Shown: piece by piece, positions 1 to 9,548 of the stretch
Layout of the letters: every line of letters begins with the position of its first letter
Numbering within the stretch: the first letter of the stretch is position 1
Assembly (NCBI GenBank): GCA_021776925.1
Contig: JAJFFB010000042.1
Coordinates: 1,961-65,960 of the forward strand
DNA length: 64,000 nt
From: Planctomycetota bacterium
Lineage (GTDB): Bacteria > Planctomycetota > UBA1135
Direction: 5' to 3'
Position numbers and translations under genes: made by a program
Notes under the pieces: generated by a model
The model's input: the letters and a program-made list of their open reading frames with translations, nothing else
What the model was told of the DNA's origin: nothing
Database searches by the model: none

Positions 1-2466
1 GCCGAGGCCGAAGTGCAATCGCTTGGATGACTGGCACAAGTATCCCTCGCCGGCATGGAGAGTTTGGCGGCAGGTCATGGCGTCGGCCTGAACAATGACA
101 TGTGCGCCGATTGCATCACGGTTGCTGGTGGTACCGCGCAGATTGACAGCCAGGAAGGAGCCTCCGTTCTGCACCCGATTGTGCAGGACACGAAGTCTGG
201 GGGCGGTTCGACTGCGCAGGATGATGTCGAGGCGACCGTCATCGTCCCAATCGCTGTAAGCAGTCGAGCGGCCGTCATCGAGGAACTCGGCGGCGGTCAG
301 ATTGGAGATGTCAGCAAAACTCCCATCGCCCAGATTTAGCCAGCTACGGTTGGATTCACGCCCACTCCAGGACGCGCCCTGTTCTCGTACCAGGTTCTGA
401 ATGCTGGCCCACGCATTGGCGTAGGCGTCGGACTCTACTTCTTCGGTCGGGCTCTGCGACGTCACGCGTCGCCAGAAGAAACTTCACAAATCGTCAGGAT
501 CCTTGTTGGTCAGGAAGCCGTTGGGGTTGTAGATGTCGGCCAAACCGTCGTTGTTGAAATCAAGGAATTGGGAACCCCAGCCCCAGCCGCCGATGGCGAC
601 GCCTGACTGCAAGGTGCCATCGGTAAAGGTGCCATCGCCTTGGTTAACCAGTAAGGTGTTGCCGCGCGCGTGCCGAAGGTAATGACGGTGCTGGTCTTCG
701 TTCTCGCCTTCCATGAACATGTCGGTCTGCGGCACGATGCGCAATCCCGCAGAAGAGAACATGTTCGTCACCAGAATGTCCATGTCGCCGTCTAGATCGA
801 AATCCGCAGTCGTGGCGCCCATCCCGGCGGCGATGTCTTCGGCGCCGACGTCAGAAGCGATGTCGGTGAAGTACCCACCGTCATTGCGAAAGAGGTTGTT
901 GCGTCCGAAATCGTTGGCGACGTAAAGGTCGACGTCACCGTCCAGATCAAAGTCTTCCCATACCCCTGCCAGACTGAACTTCCCATTCACCTTGTCCAGA
1001 CCGACCTCGGCGGTCGCCAAAGTGAATTGTCCTGGTCCATCATTCCTCCAATACAAGTTGGCCGCGCCGTTGTTGGCGTCGTGATAGGGAGTGGGCACGC
1101 TGCCCATGACTCCCCCGGTGGCGTATCGCATGGCGTATAGGTCCAGGTCTCCGTCCTGATCAGGATCCGCTGAGTTGATCGAATAGATGTCTTCCATGCC
1201 GGTGCCACGCATTCGCAAGAGCTTGGTAAACACACCGGCGCCGTTGTTATAGGCCAGGACCAGGTCCGCGCCGACCGAAACCACCAGGTCCTGGTCACCA
1301 TCATTGTCCATGTCAAGAATCAAGGCACTGCGCGTGGCGTCGAGGAAACCGAGGCCGGAGGCCACCGTGCCATCGATGACCTTGCCATCGGGCTGATGCA
1401 ACAACAGACGATTAGGAAGACTGCCCTGCTGCACCAGGTAGATGTCATCCAGTCCGTCGCCATTGACGTCGCCAACCGCCACACCATGGGCGCCGACGAA
1501 CGCCGGGCGCAGCAGACGGTCGGCCTTGTTCTGATAGTCACCGACACCATGAAGGATTTCACTCTCTACGAAGGGAAGATCCTGCAACACGTGCCCGCTG
1601 ATATCCGCCAGCAGCGGACCAGGGCTGCTTGCTTCTTCGAAGCGCAGCAATTTCAAGGACTTCATCCGAACTTCTTCCTCAGGAACGATTTCCCAGGCAA
1701 TTTCCCATTCAAAATTCTGCTGCACCAGGCGCTCCGAAGTTTGTCCGCTGAGGTGGCCAATCACGTGGGTGGTGAACCCGCCGACCAGATCCAAATCGAC
1801 AGAAACAATCTTGGAAAACCCATGCGGCTCGACTCCTTGGTAGGGGCGTCGAAGGTCTTCGGCCAGGCCGCGCAATCCTGCACTGCCGACGAGCGCAGCC
1901 GCTGGATTACTGACGCGCCAAACCGAAATCCCACCGAGGACCTTGACGTCTTCGCTAGGCTCGGGCCGCAGCGGAGTCATGCCCTTGAAGGAAGGACCCA
2001 GCAGGTTGGCGAGCTGATCCTGGTGCCATTTGGGGGCGGCGAGCAGGTGGATCCACGCCTTGACCTTGCCTTTGGCCATATCGTGCAGGACTTCACTTTC
2101 CCAGCCGTCGGCGCCGGCGTCGCGGCGGCGGAAATTGTCCTTGGCCCAATCGGGTTGTTCGAAGTCCCTCCGTTCCAGAAGGACATTCGGGTCCTGTTCT
2201 GACCCCTGCCCGGGTTCCTGGATGGGCTCCTGCCCAGGTCCCTGGCTGGACCCAAGCCCGAGTTCCAGGTCGATTTCGGGACCTGGGTCCTGAACTTGCC
2301 AGGGACCAGGGTTCGCGCCCGATCCGTCGCCTGGTGCTGCTTCCAATTCGAGACTGGGTTGGCCTGCTTGGAGGGGAAAAGTGGCCAGGAAGAGGACGGA
2401 GACCTGGAGAGGGAGGCGCAGCAAGCCTCCGCATCCGAATCGGGTGATGAATTTGGAAGACGGCAT
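1..2466 (-). CDS. Secreted FG-GAP/VCBS-repeat (CRTAC1-like) protein with C-terminal ASPIC/UnbV-like region; in-frame UGA at 484-486 (candidate selenocysteine); runs off the left edge
   Basis: Signal peptide (FPLQA|GQ) and repeated DxDxDGxxD motifs in ORF 484..2466. The same frame stays open for 161 codons after TGA (SFFWRRV...DWDDDGRLD...SNRDAIGA...GEGYLCQSSKRLHFGLG), which is typical FG-GAP + ASPIC/UnbV sequence. Confidence 0.85.
452..477 (-). promoter_or_regulatory. Candidate bacterial SECIS hairpin immediately 3' of the UGA
   Basis: mRNA reads UGA-AGUUUC-UUCU-G-GCGACG-CGUGA-CGUCGC-AGAG. A perfect 6-bp stem starts after an 11-nt spacer, has a 5-nt loop with G then U at loop positions 2-3, and extends 4 bp below a bulged G. 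Confidence 0.6.
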
Positions 2467-2686
2467 GGGGAGTCATGGCGACCCTGGCAGGTGGGCCGTT
2501 CCATGCATACCACGATACCCGCCTTCCCTATCCTCAATGCAAGTTGCGACCGCTGAGGCACACGTTTCGCGAGTTGGAAAAAGCAGCACGCACTATCCGG
2601 CAGGACCATGGCACCACGCACTATCTGGCAGGACCATGGCAGCTTGCCTCCGGGCTGGTTGCGGCGAATTCTGTCAGGGTGGGGCT

Positions 2687-5152
2687 CTAGCGCTCGACGG
2701 GCTGCAGGATCTGGTGCAGGCGGTCGGCGTTGAAATCGTGCTGGTGCAGGATGTAGACCGCCACGCCCTTTTCACTCGGCGCCTTGCGCCCTATCCACAG
2801 CAGGGCGTCGTATCCGGGTTGGCCGAGGAGGACCTTGCGCAGGGCCTCGCGGGCGCTTTCATCGACCGGCGTGTACACCCCCATGGACGCGCGCGCCGTG
2901 GCGATCACCTCAAGACCGGTACTGGCAAGGGGGGCATCCGGAGCCCCTTCCAGTTCGAAGCCTTGCTGAGTGAGAACCTCGGCCAGCCCCACCACCTGCG
3001 CCTTTTCCTCTTCGGTGCGGAAGGAAAGGTCGTCGATTATCAGGATGCGTCCGGAATCCTCGCCACGCCCGTTGGTCAGTGCGGCAGCGCTTCTTGGATG
3101 CCGCGGCTGCACTCCACCCGTGAGCGCCACTTCAAGGCCTTCGCTCTGTAGGAACTTGAGCGCGAAACCCCAGCCCTCGCCGTCGAATTCGGGCGCGGAA
3201 AGCACGCTTGATGCCTCGGCAGAGGTCATACCGGAATGCACTCGCGGTCCGTCGCGGCCCACCTCGATGACACGCGTAGATTGGGCTGATTCCGAAGAGG
3301 AGAAGATTACCCCGTTGCCCCACTGGCTGGAGCGGTGTTCGCGAACAGCCGTGAACGCTCCTGCCACGAGGAGCACCACAAACGCCAGCGCCACCCAGAC
3401 CCCGCGGTTGGGATTGCTGGTGAAGCACCCGCCGCGTTCCCGCAGCTGCGCCTTTTTGCCAACCAGATAGGCGCGCTTTTCGGCGATGTGCCGTTTGGCA
3501 TTCTGGCGTGCCTGACGCGCGGCCTCGCGTGCCTGGCGCGCGGCTTCGCGCGCCTGCAGTGCGGCGGCGCGGGCGTGGGCCCGCGCCGAACCCGGCACGG
3601 GGGGGGGCAAGGTTGCGCCGGCGGCAGCGGCATAGGCGGCAGTGACCGGGCCCTCGCGATAGGCGGGCCCAGGCAGGGCTTCAAAGGACTCAGGAATGGG
3701 CAGCAGGGTGCCCGGCGCGGCTTTGCCGGTCGGCGGCAAGGGCGGCGGCGGCACCACCGCCGGGTTGACCGCCTGGCCTCCCATGGAAGGCAGATCGGCC
3801 GGACGCAGTGCGAACAAATCGTCGGCGAACTGCACCCGGCGCACGTCGGCGGCCATTTCCGCTGCGTTGGCATAGCGCTGGTTGAGATCGGCCATCGAGC
3901 GACGGATGATCCAGGCAACGGTCTCGGGGCAGTTTTTGGAAACCCGACTCAGGCTGCCGTGCGCCGGGAAGCTGTCTTCAATCATCGAAAACAAGACCGC
4001 ACCAGCGCCATAAAGGTCGAAGCGCGCGCCGTCGACTTCGTGCACCTTGGCGCCGCGCAGCGCCTGACGCACCAGCTCCGGATCTCGGTAGTACTCGGTG
4101 CCGTGGGTGGTCAGGGTCAGCGCCGAACTCAGCGGTGTGACCAGACCGAGGTCGACCAGGTGCGCGCGCCCATTGCGCACGATGATGTTGTCGGGCTTGA
4201 TGTCTTTGTGCCACAAACCGCCGCAGTGGAAGCGGTCGAGCGTGGTGAGCAGGTCGGCAAGGTAGCCCAGCGACTCCTTGATCTGTTTGTTGCCCAGCCC
4301 CTTCGGCCCGGCCTTGGCGTGCATGCGCTGCACCACCGCGGAAAGGCTCTCGCCCGGTACATAGGGCATGACGTAGTAGTAACGGCGCTCATCCAGGCCG
4401 TGTTCGAGCACCATGCCCATCTTCTTGGCCGATTCCAAGGCACGGCTCTCGCGCACGATCTGAGATAGATTGGAGCCTTCATCCAAGCCGAAGCACTTGA
4501 TTACGACCTGCGCCGGAACCGGGTGACCGGCGCGCGCGAACTCTTGCTGTTTATCGGCATCGGGCTCGGCAACGTAGAGCTTGGCCCCGGATCCGCCGGT
4601 GGGCAGGCTGCCGACCACCTGGAAGCCATCAAAGCCGCGCCCGCGTTTGGGCTTGTCGCGCCCGGGGGCACCCACCCGGGCCACCGCAGCCTTGGCTGCG
4701 CGGCGCTTCAGCAGGCGATGCCGTTTGGGCGCCTTGGCCACCGCGCCAGCCGGCGGGGGCAGGTCGGGGCGCAGGCCGCCATCGGCGTCGTAGGCGGCCC
4801 GGCGATGGTTGCGTCGCGCCTCAAGCGTTTCGATCAGGTTGCCGAAGGCCAGCTGATAGAGGGAGCGGCCGGCGCGCAGCCCTTCGGTCTCGAGCTTGCC
4901 CCCCCAATGCCGCGCTGCGGACCAGCGCCCAAGGACCACCTGCAGCAGGATCAGGGGCACGAAGGCCACGCAGGACAGGGTCGAGGCGACCAATTGCAGG
5001 AGGTCACGCGCGGAGTGTGTAACGAACATCAGGCTCAGGCCCGCTACCCAGAAAGCCAATCCGATCAGGCGGAACGCAACAAAAACGCCTAGGCCGGCAG
5101 CGGCCACGGCGCCAAGAATGACTACGAAGGGAAGCGAGAGGGCAGTGGTCAC
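2687..5152 (-). CDS. Membrane-bound Ser/Thr protein kinase (Hanks type)
   Basis: VVIK, HKDIKPDN, DLG and HGTEYYRDPE motifs; N-terminal hydrophobic helices, a further TM segment (VWVALAFVVLLVAGAF) and a C-terminal domain. GTG start. Confidence 0.9.
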   Translation of the reverse strand: MTTALSLPFVVILGAVAAAGLGVFVAFRLIGLAFWVAGLSLMFVTHSARDLLQLVASTLSCVAFVPLILLQVVLGRWSAARHWGGKLETEGLRAGRSLYQLAFGNLIETLEARRNHRRAAYDADGGLRPDLPPPAGAVAKAPKRHRLLKRRAAKAAVARVGAPGRDKPKRGRGFDGFQVVGSLPTGGSGAKLYVAEPDADKQQEFARAGHPVPAQVVIKCFGLDEGSNLSQIVRESRALESAKKMGMVLEHGLDERRYYYVMPYVPGESLSAVVQRMHAKAGPKGLGNKQIKESLGYLADLLTTLDRFHCGGLWHKDIKPDNIIVRNGRAHLVDLGLVTPLSSALTLTTHGTEYYRDPELVRQALRGAKVHEVDGARFDLYGAGAVLFSMIEDSFPAHGSLSRVSKNCPETVAWIIRRSMADLNQRYANAAEMAADVRRVQFADDLFALRPADLPSMGGQAVNPAVVPPPPLPPTGKAAPGTLLPIPESFEALPGPAYREGPVTAAYAAAAGATLPPPVPGSARAHARAAALQAREAARQAREAARQARQNAKRHIAEKRAYLVGKKAQLRERGGCFTSNPNRGVWVALAFVVLLVAGAFTAVREHRSSQWGNGVIFSSSESAQSTRVIEVGRDGPRVHSGMTSAEASSVLSAPEFDGEGWGFALKFLQSEGLEVALTGGVQPRHPRSAAALTNGRGEDSGRILIIDDLSFRTEEEKAQVVGLAEVLTQQGFELEGAPDAPLASTGLEVIATARASMGVYTPVDESAREALRKVLLGQPGYDALLWIGRKAPSEKGVAVYILHQHDFNADRLHQILQPVER

Positions 5153-5157
5153 CGGGA

Positions 5158-5907
5158 TCAGTTGGGGTTGGTCCCTAGCCGCGAATCGCCCTCACGTACC
5201 TGAGCGTGGTAGATTTCGGCCAGAGCTTCGTCAAAGAGGGTGTCGTCTGCCTTATTAGGATTCAGCTCCAGTCCGTTTCGCGTTGCTTCGTTGATTTCGT
5301 CTTCGGTGAAGGAATAGGTGCCGATGACCTCTTCCAGGCGCTGTCGCAACATGGTGCGGATTTTGGCCAGCCTGCGGCTGACGGTGGGTTCGCTGATGCC
5401 GAGCGAGGCGGCGACCTCTTTGCCGGCGAGGCCGTCCAAAACGCGCATGCGATAAATGCTGAAGTCCATAAAATCGGATTCGCTTTCGACGCGGCGCAAT
5501 CCGGCCTGCACTTTGGCGCGGAAAACCGCCGCCTCGTAGCCGTGATCGGGGGTCTGAGCAGGCCCCGCAGCCCAACTCTCGTCGTAGCTGGATGGTCTTT
5601 TGCCGGAGCCTCGCTTCAGTGCGTTGCGCCGGTCGAGCTCGTCGCCGAGGACGTGGCGGGCGATGGCCAGCAGCCAGGTCGAAAAGCGGGCGCCCTTGGA
5701 AGGGTCGTGGCGATCGATCGAGTCCGACAGCGCCGCCAGGGTCTCTTGCGAGAGGTCGCGCACCGTTTCGTGGCCGATGCGGCCACGCCCCCAGCGCGAC
5801 AGCTGGATGTGCAGCACCGGGCCGAAGATCTGCCACAGCTCATACCAGGCTTCTGGGTCGCGCGCGCGTAGGCGGCCGATGAATCGTGAGGAGAGGCTTT
5901 GCACCAT
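5158..5907 (-). CDS. ECF-type RNA polymerase sigma-70 factor with C-terminal extension
   Basis: DLSQETL...RFSTWLLAIAR (region 2) and EVAASLGISEPTVSRRLAKIR (region 4 HTH). Start taken at MVQSLSSRF. Confidence 0.88.
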   Translation of the reverse strand: MVQSLSSRFIGRLRARDPEAWYELWQIFGPVLHIQLSRWGRGRIGHETVRDLSQETLAALSDSIDRHDPSKGARFSTWLLAIARHVLGDELDRRNALKRGSGKRPSSYDESWAAGPAQTPDHGYEAAVFRAKVQAGLRRVESESDFMDFSIYRMRVLDGLAGKEVAASLGISEPTVSRRLAKIRTMLRQRLEEVIGTYSFTEDEINEATRNGLELNPNKADDTLFDEALAEIYHAQVREGDSRLGTNPN

Positions 5908-6088
5908 GGGGAGGTTCCCAGACCCTACGTGGCAAGGAGTGCAGGACGTGAGGAAATGCTCCAGATCGGGCGGAAAAAGGCCGCGAAGGCGAAATCGGAC
6001 GGTGGGGGATCCCAAAGAGTCTGTGCGGGCCGGGTGTGCCGGCCGACCTCAAGACCGTCACTCCATGGTAATCAGGAAAAAGCGCATC

Positions 6089-6949
6089 ATGTTCAGCATC
6101 TTCAAACCCTTCATCCGCCTCGGCCTCATCATCCTGGTCGTCGCCGGAATCGCCGCCATGGTCGCGGGCCCCAGCCGGGTCCACGCGGCCTTCCACCAGG
6201 TCAAATCGGAGGTCACCGACATGATCGACGACCACATCGACGACCCGGTCGCGCTGCGCTCCCAGCTGCGTAAACTGGAAAAAGAATACCCACAGCGCAT
6301 CGCCGAGGTGCGCGGTGATCTTGCCGACCTGAACGTCCAGATCCGGCAGATCGAGCGCGAAAAGGCGATCTCCGAACGCGTGGTCTTGCTGGCCGAAGAT
6401 GATCTCGCGTCGCACCAGCAGAACGTGCACACGACCAAGGCGGTCAACATGCACTACTCCGAGGTTGCTGCGGTCAACCGCGCCAAGGCCCGGGTGTCGC
6501 AAGCGCAGCAGGTGGTCTTCACCTACCACGAACGCGCCCAAGACGCCGAGCGCGATCTCGGTTACCTGTACCAGCAGGCCGAGCGCATGGAAAGCGTCCT
6601 GGTCCAGCTCGAGACCGAGCGCACCCAGTTCCAGGCCCAGTTGCTGCAACTCGAGCGTCAAGTCGACGCGGTCGCCCGCAACGAGCGGCTGATCGACCTG
6701 ATGGAAAAGCGCAACAAGACCATCGAAGAGATGAGCCGTTACGAAGCCGGTTCACTCGAACAGATCCGCGGCCGTCTGGCGAGCATCCGCACGCGCCAGG
6801 AAGCCGAACTCGAAGTCCTGTCCAGTTCGCAGAACGGGGTGACCTACGAGGATCGTGCCCGCTACGAAATTGATGGGACGGACACGGTGCCGACCGAGGT
6901 CCTGGAGATCCCGGGCGGGGTCACCATCGGTTCCGGCGCTGAGTTCTAA
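6089..6949 (+). CDS. Membrane-anchored long coiled-coil protein, PspA/IM30-like
   Basis: N-terminal TM (LGLIILVVAGIAAMVAG), then DDPVALRSQLRKLEKEY resembling the PspA EDP motif, then heptad-rich helices. AGGA upstream of the ATG; followed by a terminator. Confidence 0.6.
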   Translation: MFSIFKPFIRLGLIILVVAGIAAMVAGPSRVHAAFHQVKSEVTDMIDDHIDDPVALRSQLRKLEKEYPQRIAEVRGDLADLNVQIRQIEREKAISERVVLLAEDDLASHQQNVHTTKAVNMHYSEVAAVNRAKARVSQAQQVVFTYHERAQDAERDLGYLYQQAERMESVLVQLETERTQFQAQLLQLERQVDAVARNERLIDLMEKRNKTIEEMSRYEAGSLEQIRGRLASIRTRQEAELEVLSSSQNGVTYEDRARYEIDGTDTVPTEVLEIPGGVTIGSGAEF

Positions 6950-6955
6950 GCGCCC

Positions 6956-7030
6956 AGGGTCTTCGCGGGGGGAATGGAAGACCCTTTTGATGAGGCTGTC
7001 GGTCGGGGGACCGGCGGCCTCTTTTTTTTT
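6956..7030 (+). terminator. Tandem hairpins ending in a Rho-independent terminator
   Basis: AGGGTCTTC/GAAGACCCT stem (6956-6985), then a 13-bp stem GAGGCTGTCGGTC-GGGG-GACCGGCGGCCTC (6992-7021) followed by 9 T. Confidence 0.9.
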
Positions 7031-7080
7031 GTGGCACTATGCTGGCGGCAGGCGGACCCAGGTCCGACCCCACCTCCCCG

Positions 7081-8289
7081 ATGAAGCCGGCCACCGACCT
7101 TTTCCTGACCCACGTTCCTCCCATGGGAATCTATGCAACGCTGTACGCGTTCCTGGATTCCTTCGGCACCTACATGGGGGAACCGGGAACCCATCCCTGG
7201 AGCCAGGGCTTCCCGCGCACCGAGCCCTTGCCCAACGGGCCGGAGATCCCGGCGACGGTGACCCTGTCGAGCACCGACCTGATGTACCCGAAGGCGTGGG
7301 GACATCCGCGCCTGCGCGAGGCCGTGGCGGCCTCCTATCGCACCCATTACGGCGCACCGGTCGACGCCGAAAACGTGATGATTTTTGCCGGCGGGCGGCC
7401 CGGCTTGATCGCGCTGTTGCTGTTCCTGCAGCCCGACGTGCACATCCGCATCGCCGAGACCGAGTACACGCCCTATTTCGACATGCTGCGCCTGTTCGGG
7501 CGTGCCCACGACCTGCTCCCGAGCGGCCCTGGCAACGGTTTTCTACCCACCATCGCCGACTATCTAGGCAGGGGCAGCGGCGGGAGGCGGCTGGCGATGC
7601 TATCCAACCCTTGCAATCCGACCGGGATCACCCGCAGCGGTGCCGACCTTGCCGAGCTGGTCGGGGCCGCCCACGGCGAGGTCGGTTTGCTTGTCGACGA
7701 GGCGTACGAATTCTTTCACGATCCGCCGGTCAGCGCGCTCGCCCACGTCGACGATCTCGAGGCTTCGAATCTCTTTGTCTGTGGTGCCGCCACCAAGGGT
7801 CTGCAGGTGCCTGGACTGCGAATTGGCTGGGTGGTCGCGGCCAAACGCCACATCGAAATCCTGTCGAACTTTTCCTCCTTCGGCATGGGCGGGGTTTCCC
7901 ACCCGTCGCAACTTCTCGCGGTGCAACTGCTCGAAGCCGGTCGGCTCGCGCATGTGCGGCGCGCGATCCCCGAGTTCTATGGGGCGCAGCGCGAGCGTTA
8001 TGGCAACGCCTTCGCCGACCTTGGCTTGGAGCTCTTTTCCGGCGACGGCGGTTTCTATCACTGGTGCCGGCTGGCCAATGGGATGACCGCGGAAGAACTC
8101 AATCAGCGGCTGTTTCCCCTTGGAGCAGCCATCCTCAAGGGAACCGACTGCGACATGGCCCGTCGCGGCGCCGAGTCTCCCTTGGCCACCTTCTTCCGTT
8201 TTTCCTTCGGCCCCCTTGCTCCCGACTCCTTCGAGGGTGACCTGGAAATCCTGCGCGGAGCATTGCAAAGCTCCCCCCGGGTCGTGTGA
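7081..8289 (+). CDS. PLP-dependent aminotransferase, class I/II
   Basis: SNPCNPTG, VDEAY and ATKGLQVPGLRIGW (PLP lysine). Alternative start at 7039. Confidence 0.9.
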   Translation: MKPATDLFLTHVPPMGIYATLYAFLDSFGTYMGEPGTHPWSQGFPRTEPLPNGPEIPATVTLSSTDLMYPKAWGHPRLREAVAASYRTHYGAPVDAENVMIFAGGRPGLIALLLFLQPDVHIRIAETEYTPYFDMLRLFGRAHDLLPSGPGNGFLPTIADYLGRGSGGRRLAMLSNPCNPTGITRSGADLAELVGAAHGEVGLLVDEAYEFFHDPPVSALAHVDDLEASNLFVCGAATKGLQVPGLRIGWVVAAKRHIEILSNFSSFGMGGVSHPSQLLAVQLLEAGRLAHVRRAIPEFYGAQRERYGNAFADLGLELFSGDGGFYHWCRLANGMTAEELNQRLFPLGAAILKGTDCDMARRGAESPLATFFRFSFGPLAPDSFEGDLEILRGALQSSPRVV

Positions 8290-8323
8290 CCCGGGGGGAG
8301 CTGAGTCCAGGCTGTTTCGAGCC

Positions 8324-8671
8324 TTAGTGCAGTTCCAGGTGGACGCGGATATGTTCGCCAGGATGCACCAGGATGCGCTGGCGGTCGCGGCCTACGCCGC
8401 GCTTGCCGGCGCCAATCACGCCTTTGCCGGGGGCAACCCGGGGGAAGGCGAAGTGACCCTGGCGGTCGGTGCGGGTGCGCGCGTGGAAGACGCGGCCGTC
8501 GCGGGCGTGGATTTCCACTTCGACGCGCGCGCCGCCGACGGCGTGGCCGTGGGCGTCGGTAACGGTGCCGGAGATCGCCCCGGGCTCGACGTGGTTATGG
8601 GTTGCATTCAGCGTGGCCGTTCCCACCAAGGAAACGCCCAGAGCAAGCAAAAGGGACAGTGCGAATCGCAT
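8324..8671 (-). CDS. Small secreted His/Arg-rich protein with carboxypeptidase-regulatory-like (CarboxypepD_reg) domain
   Basis: Signal peptide; GAISGTVTDAHGHAVGGARV...TRTDRQGHFAFPRVAPG pattern. Confidence 0.75.
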   Translation of the reverse strand: MRFALSLLLALGVSLVGTATLNATHNHVEPGAISGTVTDAHGHAVGGARVEVEIHARDGRVFHARTRTDRQGHFAFPRVAPGKGVIGAGKRGVGRDRQRILVHPGEHIRVHLELH

Positions 8672-8837
8672 TTTCTATTGTTCTTTCTGAGGGTACTGGG
8701 GGCTTGCTGGTTACAACCCGGTTATACCACCCAGGTTCTTCAATCATTTTTTTTTGCACAAAGCCTTTCTCCTGGCCAACCTAGGAGCGAAACTGGGGCT
8801 CCCCGGTTGACCAATCTCCTACCCGGGACATGACCCC

Positions 8838-9548
8838 ATGACCCTAAGCTCTGACGCCCGCATCCTGGTGGTCGAAGACGACCGCCGGATCCGCGAGGAA
8901 CTGCTCGCCGCTCTGCGTGAAGCCGGGTTCCAGGCAGAACCCGCCGGGACGATGAAAGATGCCCGTCTTGGCCTGTGCCATCCGGTCGATCTGGTGTTGC
9001 TGGATCTGGGCCTGCCCGACGGAGACGGCCTCGACCTATGCCAGCAGATCAATCGGGATCATCCCGCCTTGCCGGTCATCATCCTGACCGCCCGCGACGG
9101 CCCCGATCAGCGCGTCCGCGGCCTGGACGTGGGCGCAGATGATTACGTGGTCAAGCCCTTCCATCTTCCGGAATTGCTCGCCCGGGTGCGTACCGTCCTG
9201 CGCCGCACCGCGCCGGAGCGGTCGCTCGAAAAGGTCGAACTGGGGCGCCTGTGGGCCGAGCCGCAGGCGCGGGCGGCCGGTTGCGAAGACCGCAGCCTGC
9301 GCCTCAAGCCGCGCGAGTTCGATCTGCTTCTCTTCCTGTTGCAGAATCCCGGCCGCGCCTGGACCCGGCAGCAATTGCTCGACCGTGTGTGGGGCAGTCA
9401 TTTCTACGGCACCGACCGCACCGTCGACGTTCACATCGGCCGGCTGCGCGCCGAAATCGAAAGGAACCCGCGCGCCCCGCTCTATCTGAAAACAGTATGG
9501 GGAGTCGGCTACCGCCTCGAGGCGCCGGTCGACGAATTGGCGGAATGA
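8838..9548 (+). CDS. OmpR/PhoB-family response regulator
   Basis: VEDD, LLDLGLPDGDG, GADDYVVKPF, winged-helix TVDVHIGRLR...TVWGVGY. Confidence 0.95.
   Translation: MTLSSDARILVVEDDRRIREELLAALREAGFQAEPAGTMKDARLGLCHPVDLVLLDLGLPDGDGLDLCQQINRDHPALPVIILTARDGPDQRVRGLDVGADDYVVKPFHLPELLARVRTVLRRTAPERSLEKVELGRLWAEPQARAAGCEDRSLRLKPREFDLLLFLLQNPGRAWTRQQLLDRVWGSHFYGTDRTVDVHIGRLRAEIERNPRAPLYLKTVWGVGYRLEAPVDELAE

Noticed and set aside
55-339. Listed small ORFs 55..339 (+) and 75..278 (-)
   Set aside because: They are shadows of the real minus-strand continuation of the FG-GAP/ASPIC gene, which the ORF track does not list, probably because it runs off the window edge.
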